Under the pieces are notes generated by a model. It searched no databases. It had not been told where the DNA came from and saw nothing but the letters and a program-made list of their open reading frames with translations. From NCBI RefSeq assembly GCF_009914755.1, contig NC_060933.1: a stretch of DNA of 64,000 nt. One strand, given 5' to 3'. Origin of the DNA: the human T2T-CHM13v2.0 reference genome, Homo sapiens. A program made the translations under genes and the position numbers. Position 1 is the first letter of the stretch. Each line of letters begins with the position of its first letter. Shown here in pieces: positions 45,276 to 60,418 of the stretch.

Positions 45276-45629
<354 letters not shown>

Positions 45630-46349
45630 GGAGCTGCTTATTTTGACTGCATGTGTGTGGTTTTATTTTCCTGTAAAATGTTGAAATCCATGTTACATCC
45701 TGGTGGGATTGAAACAATTCTCAAGAAAGCCTTTTTCTACTTCCTTTACAGAGATTGTAATTCCTCTGGGAGTTCCCTAGGGAGGGAGGAGGATGAGGGG
45801 AGTGAGCCCTCTGCTGGTTGCTTATATGTCCTGCCAGCCCAAACCTGGGCAGCAGGCACATGCAGGGCACCCCTGGTACCCCATTGAGGCTGGGGGGCAC
45901 AGGTGGCCAGGGGCACATGCATCTCTAGTGAGGAAGCAGGCTTTCTAAAGAGCAATGTTGATGATGCCATCTGGGGCTGAAAACCCTTGGCAACTCTCAG
46001 CTGGGCTCCAGGACGCCAAGCCTTCAAGGCAAGGGTCTACCTCCATCCTCACCTCTGCTCCCCACACTGTCATCCCTTGTGTCCATCCACAAGCCTCCCC
46101 TTGGCCTTACCACTGGTCTTCATTTCTAGCTGCAGTCACCTTGAGGGAGGCTTCCTGATTCCTTCCCCACCCTAACCTAGTGCTACAGGAGTTAATGGGC
46201 CCCTGAATCCAGTCTCCCATATCCCTAACTAGCCTGCCTTAATTAAAACTGATGCCCACATCCAGGAAAAATCCACTATAGGAGTTGAGGGCTGCTCAGG
46301 AACAAGGGTGGGGACATAGAGAGCTCTCTGGGACCCTAAGCCCCATGAA

Positions 46350-47045
46350 TTTTACTTTCTAAATATCTCTTAGAACCATAGCTCTGTCTCCACAACACCA
46401 CACTTAGCCAGGCTCTATCACCTTTCACCTGGATTCCTACAGTAGCCTCCTCAAAGGTCTCTTCCCACTTTGCACCTCCCAGCCAAAATCCAAATGCAAC
46501 AAAAAAGATGGCTTAAAAAAACAGATGTGATCACAATGCTCTCCTGCTGAAAACTTCTCAGTTGCTTTCCATTGAACTGAAGAAAAAAAGCAAAATTTTT
46601 ATTCTGGACCAGGAAGATCTGCGTGGCTGGGTTCCTACTGACTCCTGAAACTTCATCTTCCACGATGCATCTTTTGCACCTATGCCTCTGGCTTTCTCTG
46701 TGCACAGCGTGACAGCCATAGGACTATAGAGATACCTGCCTTTTGCCTTCTGCCTCTCCTGCTTCCTTCACCTGGTTAACTCCTACTTGCTCTTTGGATC
46801 TGGGTTCAAATGTCTGTTCCTCAGAGAGCCTTCCCCTCAGATCCCCTTTAGACGTCTTCATAGCTTTTTATATTTGCTTCCAAAGCACAGCCCTCAGTTT
46901 GTAATCACACATTTGCTTGTCTGATCATGTGTTTGTCACTGACCTCTCTGGGGCACAGAGGCTGCATGGAGGCAGGGAATGTGGTTGTTTCACTCACATA
47001 GTGCTGAGCATAAGCGGGGAGGTGCTCAACACTGATTTTTAAATG
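46350..47045 (+). mobile_element. L2 relic
   Basis: cacctggattcctacagtagcctcctc...gatcacaatgctctcctgctgaaaac...ggttaactcctacttgctc...gcacagaggct. Confidence 0.7.
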
Positions 47046-50000
47046 AAAAGAGAAGTGAGAATCTTAGAAGGAGACCGACGAGGACAGCCCACAAGGAGCT
47101 CTCGGATTTTCCGGGCTTAGGCAAGGCATGGTGGGAAGACCAGCTTGGGTGGGGCAAGCTGAGAATGGGGAAGGACTGGGCTGTGTAGCCAGCTGTTTTG
47201 AGAGCATACAGGTCATAGGAGGCTCAGTGAGGAAGAACCTGCAAGGTGTGTCTCTCCTTCTGGAGAACAGACAGTCATGCCACACTGCAGAGGAGTATGC
47301 AGCCTGGATTTTCATCAGAATCTCCTGCCTGGTTGCTGTGGTGCCTGGGATGATCCCCAGCCTCCTCTGGACTGCTGCTTCCCCATCTTCAGAAGGAAAG
47401 AGATGAGCACGAATTCAATGCAACAAATATTCATTGAGCTCATCTTCTGTGCCTCCTGAGGGTTTCTCACAGGCCCACCCTGTGTGACCACCCTACTTTG
47501 AATACTGTGACCCTATCCCCTTACCCTAGTCCCCTTTGTCCTTATTACCCTTGAATATACCATTTAATTTGATCATTTATTACATTCATCATTCATTGTG
47601 TTTTGTTAGAATATAAACGCTATGACCACAGGGATATTTTCCTCTTTTTTTCACTGACAAATCCACACGGGAGGTGCTCCACAAGCATTTGTGAAAAGAA
47701 TGAAGTTCTGTTTTCCAGTTAGTGTGGCTTGTTGAAAGGAATAAGATATCTTCACTGAAAAGAACTTGGATTTTGGAATCAGGCAGCCTGGCTGTGAATC
47801 TTGGTCTGACCCCAGTGGCATGGCTGCGAGAAGCCACCTGACCCCTCTGAGGCCTAGTTTTCTACATGACATGGAATAGTTCGATTTGTCTCACAGGTGA
47901 CTATGATGCTTAGGATACTTTGGATATTTAAAGTGTCAAACACAGTGCTGGGACTACAAGAGGGTCAATAAATGTTACAGGCTCATGGTTTAGGGAGGAA
48001 AGTATTAGCCAAGGTATCTGGCTTCAAGGACCTGAAATAATCTAGGACTACCTAAGCAGAAAAGGAATTTTCTGGAAGGATATCAGGAAGCTCATAAAAC
48101 TGACAGAAAGTTTGAAGAAGCAGGCACAGAAAATTATCAGGAACCAAAGGAGGCCAGGTAGCAGGAATCATCAGCCAGTCTGCCTTTTTCACTGCTGGAA
48201 ACAACTGTCACCATTAGAGAGAGATATGGCTATACCCTGCGTGGTGCTGGGCCACAGATCCCACGGATAGATGGCCTCAGTGCTAGATTCTGTGGGGGAG
48301 CCAGTCTCCTACACTCTATGTTTTGCATTCATTGCTAAAGGTTAGAAGTCCCTCTGTGGGCATCTAATTGGCAAAGCCCAAGTTACGTGCCCATGCCCTG
48401 GCTATCAAGGGGAGGAGGAAAGAGTATTTTCCTCTGTGGCTTCCTTGGTAGGAGGCAAGGTTCTCAAATTTCCTAAAACTGGAAAGGACTTTGGATGCTG
48501 GGAAGCCATTAAATGACCAATAATCACTATAGGAAGAGGGGCAGGAAGTAGAAATCATAATGGATAAGGCCAGCAGGCAGCTGTAACAGTGGCACTCAGT
48601 GCTCCCAGGGGTGGGCGAGCCTGCCGGGGTCCCTGAGGAGAGTTAAAGGAGAGGGGGTGGAGGAGAGCCACAGAGCCTAGCACAGGTCCCCAAGTCTAGC
48701 AGCAGCTAGGGTGCCATGACTGCTCCTAGGCTAGAAGGGGCAAGTGAGAGAGCACTTTTCTAAACCTGAAGAGAGAGTTGCATGGAGACAGTCAGTTGAC
48801 AGTGGCTACGGCTCTCTTATGTGGATGCTGACAGCCCACTGTGATGCTGTATAGATGGAGCTGGGCAACAAGTGCCCTGACCCACCCCCACTCATAGTCT
48901 CTTCCCTTCAATGTCCTGCTGGCTTTTCCCATTTTGACATCCACCTGGAAGCTGGGAGTCATTGATGCAATGAAAATAGGGTAGCCTTGAAGTACACAGA
49001 GCAGGGAGAAGGGGAGCAGATGAGAGAAGGAACAAAGGGAAGGTCGAACACCCTGGAAATTACTTCCCAATAGAGATATTTTGACTGTTTCATGGGGGCA
49101 GGGGTAGGGCCCAGGTCTTGAGGGTGAAGTGGAATTTTAAGAGAACTTTCAAGATGGAAGAGGTTTCCTGAAACAAGCCACAGAGCCAGAGGCTGAAGGA
49201 CACGTTTGAGAAATGATTAGCTCACACTAGAGACTGTGGTCTTTGAATGCCATGGCCTCAGACCCGGTTGCCTGCCCTGTCCCCATTTGGGTTATTACTG
49301 ACTCCTGTTTGATGTGGCTTCTTCACCAATCCAAATTTGATTCTTGTGTGGCTTGTGGGGAATACCTTCAAGCTTAATTAAGTACATCTACAGTTCTGGA
49401 GAGGAGATAGGACTTGGGTTTAGAGACTCACAAGTCAGCAGCCAGTGGAGAGGTAAGCCTCCAACTCGAGGCCTGGTTGCTACAGGGAGCCCGTTTGTTT
49501 GGATTTATATAGCCAGGAGAGCGTTGCTATGGCTGAATTGCATGCAACCGTTCTTATGATCTGGAACAGCACATTGTGTATCTAACATGACAGCATTTAT
49601 TAAAGCAAGATAAACTCAGCAACAAAGGATATGGCTGGAACCATAAATTCCTCTGATCCTTGCTCCAGAGCCATCACATTCCATTTGAATGAGGCCTATC
49701 AGCCCAAACTTGACTTATTTTATTAAATAAGTCAATTTTCTGAAAATCCCTAAGAGAATGAACTGGGAATTACTCTCCCCCCATATACCCTTGTTTAAAA
49801 AGAGAAATGTTATGCGTTGAGCAGTTCTGACTCACTATATTTGCTGAGGACTAACAGACCTGCCATCCAGGCAATGGGTTCCCCATCACTAGATGTGTTC
49901 AGTCTGAGGCTGGAGGAATATGGGCTTGCTCCCTTTTTGGGGACTGCAGTGTAGAGGAGAAGGCGATATTCCTAATAGACATTCTTCCTAGTTTTCAGAG

Positions 50001-50139
50001 TTCAGGATTGTAGAAGCCTGAGGAAGCATCCAGTTGAACTGCCCCCATATCCCATTCTGCAACCTTCACTCTCTTGCCACAGCACACATTTCCCCAAAGA
50101 AGGAGAGATTTTCATTAAGGGACCGGGAAAGAGCAGGAA

Positions 50140-50560
50140 CATTGGAGCCAGAAGACCTGGGTTTAAATCCAAATTCTATTATTTATTGAGTAGTAGCCAC
50201 AATCAAGTCATTGGGTTTCTATGAACCCCAGTCCATCTCATATAAAGTGATAATGATGATAGCTAACATGTACTAGCACTTAATATACACCGGGTACCAT
50301 TCTAAGGGCCTCAAATGGATAACATAATTTATTCTTCACAAAAATGTTCTGAAATGAGAAGTATGAGTGTCCCTACTTTACAGAAGAGGAAACTGAGGCA
50401 TAGAGAGGTTAGGGAACTTGGGAATGGTGGAGCCAAGAATTGAACTCAGGCAGTCTGCCTCTGGGGATCTTAGCCCATGTGTGGTAACAATACTTACCTC
50501 AACTATATCATAGAGTTTCTAGGAGTTGCATTAGAAAATGAGTATAAAAGCATCTTTTAA
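50140..50560. mobile_element. MIR (+) interrupted by a second MIR in opposite orientation (about 50258-50465)
   Basis: ggagccagaagacctgggtttaaatcc (MIR sense), then ttacagaagaggaaactgaggcatagagagg (MIR antisense core), then the sense MIR resumes at taacaatacttacctc. Confidence 0.7.
50182..50187 (-). terminator. Candidate distal AATAAA poly(A) signal inside a MIR
   Basis: tttatt on +, about 960 nt beyond the proximal signal. Confidence 0.45.
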
Positions 50561-50622
50561 ACCATAATCTATTAGTCTTGGAAATACTGAGCAAGATGCT
50601 GAATCTCAAGTTGTAAGCTTTT

Positions 50623-50926
50623 TTTTTCTTTTCTTTTTTTATTTAGAGACAGGGTCTCCCTCTGTTGCCCAGGCTGGAGTGCAGTAGTGTGATCATAGCT
50701 CACTGTAACCTCTAACTCCTGGGCTCCAGTGATTTTCCTACCTCAGCCTCCTGAGTAGCTGGGACGACAGGTGCGCACTACCACGCTTGGCTAATTAAAT
50801 TTTTTTTTTTTTTTTTTTTCTGTAGAGACAAGTTCTCACTATGTTGCTCAGGCTGGTCTCAAACTCCTGGGGTTAAGCTATCCTCCCACCTTGGCCTCCC
50901 AAAGTGTTGGGATTACAGGCCTGGCC
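50623..50926 (-). mobile_element. Alu (AluJ-like), sense to TNC, with a short deletion near its 5' end
   Basis: TSD tgtaagctttt at 50612-50622 and 50927-50937. gattacaggc joins directly to ctggcc. Confidence 0.93.
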
Positions 50927-50953
50927 TGTAAGCTTTTCCCAAGTGTGTTCAAC

Positions 50954-50959
50954 TTTATT
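50954..50959 (-). terminator. Candidate second AATAAA poly(A) signal
   Basis: tttatt on +. Same U-run-then-AAATAAA context as the proximal signal. Confidence 0.4.
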
Positions 50960-51119
50960 TAAAAAAAGTGCTTCCCTCTCTCCCAGTCTTTAGTCTCCTT
51001 TCCACCCCTCCCACTTGACCACTATCCCTACTTACCTTTCCTATCCCAACATTCCCCGCTTTGTTCAAATGATTGGCTTTGGTGAAATTCAGACTCAACA
51101 ATTCAAAGCAAAATAACAA

Positions 51120-51744
51120 ACTCAAAAGTACTTGTGCTTTTATTTAAAAAAAAAATACAATCAGGTACTGTCCAGAAATGTTTTGGAAAGAAAGATCTCT
51201 TGAAAAATCCTTAGTTTTCATCATCATCATCATCATTATTATATTAATAATATTAATCATATCCTTAAAATGGAAACAGTATTGCTTTTCTGGTTTCTGT
51301 TGTATGAAATGTAAAAAAAGGGATGGCTTCCAATGACACATTTAATCTTTGCTAACAAAAATAATGACAATTAATTATACAGCTTCATGTAAAATACGGC
51401 TGGTTCTAAAACAAACTACCCCTGTACATCCTACCCCTCTCCCATTCCCAGAGCCACCTAAGAGAAGTAAAAAACTATTGCGATGTTGTCACTGGGAGAT
51501 TTTTGCTGAATCAAACAACAAAACAGAAACATGTTGGAGACTGATGTCTTTGGTGCAAAGAAAGAAATCACAGAGGAGGTGAGGCCCATGCTGTTGCCGT
51601 TGGCCCCAGGGATCCATGGTCAGCTTTGACTCTCACCAAATGCCCAGGTGTGGACCGATGGTTGGGCTGGTTGTATTGATGCTTTGGTAAAATCCTTTCC
51701 TCGCTCTGGGCCTTATTCCTCTCTCACCCAGTGGTCCCTGGAAT
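51120..51744 (-). other. TNC: TNC 3' UTR to the proximal poly(A) site (end approximate)
   Basis: Follows the stop codon. AU-rich with a short (TGA)n repeat near 51217-51236. Ends about 20 nt past AATAAA. Confidence 0.8.
51139..51144 (-). terminator. TNC: Proximal polyadenylation signal AATAAA of TNC
   Basis: tttatt on the + strand. Preceded by a U-run and followed on the minus strand by a GU/U-rich element (gtttgttattttgctttg). Confidence 0.85.
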
Positions 51745-51858
<114 letters not shown>

Positions 51859-51860
51859 TT

Positions 51861-51863
51861 AAA

Positions 51864-51894
<31 letters not shown>
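51861..51894. repeat. A12 + (GA)11 microsatellite forming the polypyrimidine tract of the terminal TNC exon
   Basis: Reads (TC)11 T12 aacag on the minus strand, directly before the acceptor. Confidence 0.95.
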
Positions 51895-54548
51895 AGGCCT
51901 CCAGGTTGGTTACTGTTAGGCGAGGTGTTCACTGATCATTGCTATTTAGTCATTCAAACTAAATGAGTTCTGTTTCAATTTGACCATTTGGTATATCACA
52001 GCTGCCTCTTGCCTATCTCTCTGTTGGTCTGGGTTGTGGAAACTTTCAAAGGAACTGGCTGAATCTGACCCAGTTTTTCACCTGAGTCAAGAGTCGCCTG
52101 AGTTTGCATGGAGCTTTGGTCTTTCCTCTTGAGGCAAAATGGTGGCTGATGAAATCTGCCGTCCTTAGGAATAGGTTCTGAAGGAGTTCAGGTCATTATT
52201 AGAAGTTCTAGAATTGAATAGCTACATACATGGTGTGTGTGTGTGTGTCTGTAATTCACGAGATTCCTATGGAGTATTTTGATAGGGGTTTGGTATGGAA
52301 TAGCAGAACGAACAGCTCAACAAAACACAGTTTTACAATTTGACATATAGGGTTAAATATCAGTGTTCTTACTTGAGAGATAAATAGTCTTAAGTTCTCA
52401 ATATCTTCTGAGCCTCGGTTTTACTATTTTTTTTTCTTTCTTAAGATCTGATAATGTTAGCCTTGAAAGATGAGATGAAGATTAAATGAGTTTGTAAAGG
52501 AGCTATCACAGAGCTGGGCACGTCGTAGGTGCTTGGTAAATATTACTTCCCTAGTCTCAAGTAGGGGGAAATATCCTTGAAATTTTGGCCAAAGCTTTCT
52601 ACAAGAAAAAACTGTATCTGTGTCTTGGCTTCCAGGTTTCAACTTTGACTCTTCAGCGAAGTCTGCAGATGGTAGAGTCAATCCATGAAACCCCACATGG
52701 CCCCTTGCCCCACTGTGGGGAAGTTAATGGCTAGTGAGATGGGAAAAAAATAGAGACACTTTATTTGCTTCTAATTGTTTGGCATTCACTGACATGGGCA
52801 GTTTCTGAGTCTTACAGGGATGTGAGGTTTAAGAATGGCTCATTCATTTCATGGGCAAATCCGCTTGTAATTACTCAGTTACAGTGAGTATGGTAGTCCA
52901 ACAGCTTGGTGCACATGCTGCCTGCCTTTGCCCTGGTTCTTTCCTCTGATAGTTCAGGGTTGGAAGCCACGCCTTCTTGTACTGTGGTGGGCACTAAAGC
53001 CAGAGAGGGAGAGTGACTTTGCAGAGGCCACACAGCAGGAGGAGCAGAGCTGGAGCTGGGGCTCCCCTCCTGTGGCTCCTTTCCATGTCATCTCTTTCTT
53101 CTTCCATAATTGAATGGAAGGATGAAAGAGAGGCTTGCTTTCTAACATGTAGCTTGTTGGTTTTTTTTTTCTTTTCCCAGAAGAACTTTGTATTATACGA
53201 GTATTTTTGAGACAAGGCAATAAAGATGATAAAATAATGCTCAGAATGGAAATATTGATGAAATAACACAATAAGATGGAAACAACACAGGACTGCTGTC
53301 AAGAAATGTCCTGTGACTCTTGCCTCCTCTGTAAAACAGGCATGAAAAACCACATCCTAATTCCTGCACAGGGTAAAAATGATAAACCCTTGAGATACAG
53401 AAGGTAACAGTGCTTTGAAAAGTGCCAGAAATTATGTAAGGTAAGGTCTACACTTAAGGTCGCAGGTGTCATTTGCTAGCAGTTAATTAGGGCATAAACA
53501 TGTGTATCAAAGTGACTAATATTGAAAAGCAACAGGTCCCAACACCTGCTGCATGTCAGGAATCGCTTGTGGAGTCTATCAACTGCCTCCCCCCTGACCC
53601 CACAACAACAAAAATGCAAATATGCAAAAAAAAAAAAAAAATGAGATGCTGTGTCTTGCCTGAGATCATTGAATCAGAATCCCTGGGGTTATCATAAAGT
53701 GGAATTTGGCCCTTTGCATTTTTATAAAGTCCTTGGGATTCCAGTGAGCAGACCTCATAAGCATCCTTGTGGTCCAGGGATCAGCGTGGTGTGGCCCCAA
53801 GGGAAGATCCAGCCCTCCTCCCAGGGATGGTGACTAACTTCTGTGGAGGGACCTGGGCAGGGGTTTGGTTATGATTAAGTGGCTAGTCCCACACAGCTTT
53901 ACACTTTTCAGGAATGTGCCAGTGTAGGCAAGGCTCAGAGTAAGGGAGATTACTGAATTTGATCCGTTCGCCTATTTCTAAAAGGGATCGAAAAAAATCT
54001 GTTTCTGTGATTGTAGAAGTGCTAGAGGTGTGTGTGGTGCAGGGAAAATGCCAGGGGCTGGAAGTGGGGAGAGCTGGCTCTGCTGCCAACTTCACTCTGT
54101 GACCTCAGGAAAGTCAGCTTTTTCTGGGCCTTGGTTTCTTCACAAAAGGAGGAGATTTAAAGTCTGTGGACTTCATTTTAAGGTGTTCTTGGGATTCCAA
54201 AGATGCCCCAGGCCAGGGGTTCTGTGTCATCAACCCTGCTTCACCTAAATGGCCTCCACTTTTATCTGCTTTACTTTTGGGGTTCAGACAGAGATTTTGT
54301 CTGAGTAAAGCGTTCTGTTTTTGGAATCCATTTGACCAGTGTTTGTCCTTGGGACTGTCAAGGGTTAACCTGTGCTGTTTCTATTTTACCTGGCCTGCAG
54401 TGTCCTTGAGATTGCTCACTGCCTTGGGAAAAACATGTTGTCATACAAGTAAGGTTCCTGCCTCCTAGTCTCTGCTAGGATAGGGAGTTAAATTGTACTT
54501 CCATTAGCCCCCTCCAGCTTCCCAAGCTTGGCCTGCTCTGGGCCCTCA

Positions 54549-54758
<210 letters not shown>

Positions 54759-56602
54759 TCAGCTGAAATTTCCCTCCTGGACAGTAAAGGGCAGAACCAG
54801 AGGTGACAATTGAAAGATTCTGGGTGTGGGACTGGCCTTGAACATTGATCCCAGAGTCAGCATTGAATGCGGAACTGAATGGGACATGAGTGTCACCCCA
54901 GTACTTATTTCCGACAGAAGCAGCATAATGTGGTGGGAAGAGGGCTGTGGCTGGCTTTGGAGAGTCTAGCTTCGAATCCCATCTTTTCACTTTTTAGCTG
55001 TGACCTTGCACAAGTCAAGCATCTTGTTGAACCTCAGTTTTCTCATCTACACAATGGAACCAGCACTTTGATTCTATATACTGAGTAGTGCCATTGTGAC
55101 AATAAAGGTGTATGCTAAACAGGTGGCATGGCATACAAATACTTACTATGATTGTTATTTTTATGACTTTTCTGCATTCCCTTTCTATAAAGACCTCAGA
55201 GAGTAAGGTGAGAAGTATGCATTTAATAATGGCATGCTTTTCTCCCACATACAAATATTTATTAGTCATAATTAAGCCCTTCAGACATTAGATGTCCCTA
55301 AATAGTCTCTGTATCACATAGTTACTTTTTAAAGTATTCATCAGACCATGTTCCGTGATTCTTAGACAAGAAGCCCATTAACATGTACTACTATTTGGAA
55401 ATCTAATTTGTAATTTAATATATTGAATTTTTGAAGCATTTCAGTACCATTGCTTTGTGGGTCTCCTCACTCCCAATCCAGCCAAGTGCTGTGCACAAAC
55501 ATTTCAAGACTCTGAGGCATTCTACCGTCATAATTTGGAGCAAGTTGTCAAAGGAACCCAGATACCTTTTTAACTGATGATGCTACCCAGAGCATGAGGA
55601 CGGCACGTAGATATTAATGAAACAGGATGCTCTCCTGCAGAAGGCCTGGGTGCAGCCAAATCACACAAGAAAATGCAGCCTTACAAACGTTATCTCAGTA
55701 AAGGGAAATATTATGGCTCATTCCTCAATGGAAGCACAAAGAGAGAGGAACAGAGGCCACATTCCTGCTGCTTAATGAATTTGCTTGCCCTGTAACATTC
55801 TTCTTCTTGCCTGAAGCCATCTCAACCAAAGAGGTATTCATTTCCAGGTAATAAAATGCCAACATTCTTTGAGGGATTCAAGAACTAAAGCAATGTTTGC
55901 CCCTGGGTGTCTCTCTTTATTATCACTAAACTGCCATCTCAAAAGAGCTTTGTGCCTCCTTAGGCTCAGCCTGGCTTTGGCAACCTTTTATCTGGAGACT
56001 TTTCACCTTATGGATGTTTTCTTTCAGGGCTCAGGGAGGCTGGAAACGTGCCAAGCTTCTATCTCTTCTGCTCTCACAAACATAACAGAAAGCCACCCAA
56101 AGTGGGCATGGGTTGCATGGGGGTGGTCCACACTCTCAGTCCTGACCCTTCTTTGTCACCGAGAACATTGTCGGATGCAGTTTTCTGCAGCCAGGATTGC
56201 ATCCACCTTCTACAAGCTGTTTTACCTTGGACAAATCACTGAGCTCTTCTGAACTTCTTTCCTCCTCTGTATAAAAACAACGTCTTCATAAAATGGTTTT
56301 ATGAGGAATAAATAAGATGAATGCAGGTGGAATATCTACAAAAGAGGATGGTACCTAGTAGGGCCTTAATACATGTTGTTTCCTTATTTATTTCTCCTCT
56401 TATGTGGAGCCAGGAAACCACACAAAACCACTTCAAGTCCAAGAAATCTTCAAGACTGGAATGAAGGTTATGAGCCAGACAAGGAATGCAGGGGCCACTT
56501 GAGAGGTGAGACCTTCTATTTATGAGGATGCAGGCTGAGACTAGATGACCACATGGCAGGGATGTCTTGGAAGAGATTCAAGCAGCTAGGTGATGGAGTG
56601 GA

Positions 56603-56780
56603 TGGTTTGCTACTCAAGCTGTGGTCCACAGACCAGCAACACCAGCTATATTGGCATCACCAGGGAACTTGGAGAAGATGCAGAATCTCAGCCCCATCCC
56701 AGACAACCTGTGTCAGCATCTGGAGATTCACAAGATCGCCAGTGGGTCCATACACCCAGAGTAAATTGAGAAGTGCTGGA
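56603..56780. mobile_element. MER5-type hAT relic in TNC intron
   Basis: ctcaagctgtggtccacagaccagc...atgcagaatctcagccccatcccagac...ttgagaagtgctg. Confidence 0.75.
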
Positions 56781-57014
56781 TTGGATGAATATTAAGGCCT
56801 TTGGGGAATTTTTTTTTTAATCAGTCTACAACTGATATCTAAAACTGGGTAAGAAAGACACACTTTTTTTGAAAGATGGTCATTAGAAATCAATCCTGAT
56901 TGCCCTGATTCCCAACATACTCAATGTTTCAGGACCCAAATATCTACCCAACACTTTTGAATTGTAGTTTTTCTGGATTGGCACTCAGTAGGTACTTAAA
57001 TATTTGTTGATTTA

Positions 57015-57332
<318 letters not shown>

Positions 57333-57387
57333 TCATTTCTATTTCACTCTGTAAAAGCGGCAACTGGGTACACTTAAGACAGGGCCA

Positions 57388-57752
<365 letters not shown>

Positions 57753-57878
57753 TCAGTCTTGTGCTTGCTGGAGTAATACTAGGCTCAGGTAAAATCGGGT
57801 TGACATTTTTGCCCCACTTCCAACCTCCCAGTGCATTAGTGAAGATCCAAGGAGATAAGGTGGTGAAAGTACTTTTTA

Positions 57879-58220
<342 letters not shown>

Positions 58221-58485
58221 TTACAAATGAAGGGCAATGAATAATATAGATAAATGTTTATTATAATATGATAAACATTTTCTGGGGTAGGCAGTGGTGC
58301 ATAGAACAATGTTCTCTGCAGTTAGGTGGTTGGAAAGTGTGGATTGCATGGATGAATGGATGGGTGATAGGATTGTAGTGTTGACTTAGGAGATTCCAAA
58401 TTTCAGCTCAACTGTTCATTGGTTAGACTCCTATGGGCAAACCACTCAGTCTTTTTGAGGCTGTGATTTTATCCATGCGAGGTGG

Positions 58486-58960
58486 TGAGGAGAGCAAAAA
58501 TCACCTGGTGACCATCAAGTAGGACTCGGAGACAAAAACCCCTTAACTGAGGGATTTAAAGGTAATTAGGCTTCCGTATATCTCAAGCAAGCATCTGGTT
58601 CCAGGTTTATTTCCCAAAAATTTATAGGTAACTGGAACTTCTATACATCTCTGGAATACATGCATATCAAAACTCATTTTGCAACCCTTGCTGACATTAA
58701 GGCACCAAAATGTCTACAAATGTAATCATGTATCATGTTCTACATGGCTAATAGGGTCCAAATTATCCTTAAGCTCCTGCCTTAAGGTCCATAAATACCC
58801 CTAAGGAAAAATCCACTGCAGGGGCTGTAAGTCCTTTTGCAGCATTCTTTCTTTCTAATAAACGTTCCTTTTTCAAACCTATACTGTTGTTAGTAAATTC
58901 GTCTTACCAACCCACTAGTCAACCACTTCTGACACCTGACACCTTGCCCACCCGGTGGCA
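58486..58960 (+). mobile_element. ERV solo LTR in TNC intron, related at its 3' end to the LTR at 18069-18475
   Basis: tgaggagagc...ccataaata...ctaataaac...gtaaattc...ccggtggca. Inserted in a MIR. TSD not resolved. Confidence 0.75.
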
Positions 58961-59169
58961 ATTGAGTACTTTGTAGGGGTGCTATGGGGGTTAAATATTA
59001 TGGCTCTAAGAAACCCATCTTAGCACCTGGAGCACAACCTGGGGCACAGGAGGGAAGATATCAATGATATCAGTGAGGAGGATTCTATGACTGGTCCAGA
59101 GAATGACTTAAGGCTAGGTTAACACATAAGGGCTGAGTTTTGGTTCTTCCTTAATCAGATTTTACTTTT

Positions 59170-59748
59170 TGTGAAAGGAAAATAAAATCTTGGGACCCCA
59201 ATTTAACTCTGCCAATAGGAAAAAAAATAAACTGAAAGCCGAGTCATGGGAGAAACTGCCTCTCCTTTTGTCCCTAAGCAGATGCTACAGATAAAAGGCC
59301 AGATATCTCCACAGATAGTTATTCTATCTTCACTTTATCTTATGTAAAGTGCCGATTTACTGAGTGTGAGATGAATACAAAATTGACCATTCTCTTTTTT
59401 GTCATTCTGCTTTTTTCTTTTTTTTATCTTGCAACATGTGGATTCAGTAATGTGACCATATCCCTCCAGCCCACTTTTCCCCTTTAAATACTAAAGCTCT
59501 CAACATTATCTCTGAAAAAAAAAAAAAAAAAAAAAAGAAAGTCATGGACCACAGGTTGTTCCTGTGGCTTTCCCCCTTTAAACACTAAAACTCTTAATAT
59601 TATCTCTGGAAAAAAAAAAAAAAAAAAAGGCATGGACCACAGGCTGTTCCTGTGGCTTTGTGTTCTTTTTTTCTGGGCGTGTCCTTAACGTTGGCTAAGT
59701 AAACCTCTAAATTGATTGAGATCTGTCTCAGATACTTTTTGGTTTACA
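59170..59748 (+). mobile_element. MER4-family (ERV1) solo LTR in TNC intron, antisense to the gene
   Basis: tgtgaaaggaaaataaaatcttggg start and ttggtttaca end. 4-bp TSD tttt. Confidence 0.88.
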
Positions 59749-59906
59749 TTTTGATGATTCAGAGCATTTAAATGATAGTCTTTTTCATTAAGAATTTGAC
59801 ATTCTGTGTCTGCCACCAGAAGTAGTTCTTCTTCCTCATCTCTTTCTCTCCCATAGGTCCCTGTGGGTTAGGAAAAGTGACAAGGAGGGCAGAATCAGGC
59901 ATTTTA

Positions 59907-60029
<123 letters not shown>

Positions 60030-60237
60030 CTATAAACATATCGATGAATCTGGGTGTACTTAAGCTATTGCAGGAAAGAGGGCATCGTTGTGAGAGGAAG
60101 GAGTGTGGCACTGTGGAGAGAGCATCAGGCTCCATTCTGTCCATCCCTAATTTGCTATGTAACTTTGGGTGGTCACCTGCCCCTCCTTAAGTCTTGGTGT
60201 TCTCACCTGAAAAACAGGGATTAAAAATACCACCCAG

Positions 60238-60418
60238 TTTTGGGTGATAATGATGTGTCAATGTAGGTTCATTGATTGTAACAAATGCACCATTCTGGTG
60301 CAGGATATTGATAATGGGGAGGTTGTGTGGGTGGGTGTGGGGTGTATATGAAAACTTCTGTTCACTTAATTGTGCCATGAACCTAAAACTGTTCTAAAAA
60401 AATAGAGTTTATTAATTC
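60238..60418 (+). mobile_element. Short L1M 3' end nested in a MIR
   Basis: tttgggtgataatgatgtgtcaatgtaggttcattgattgtaacaaatgcacc. Degenerate TSD aaaaatac..acccag. Confidence 0.8.
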
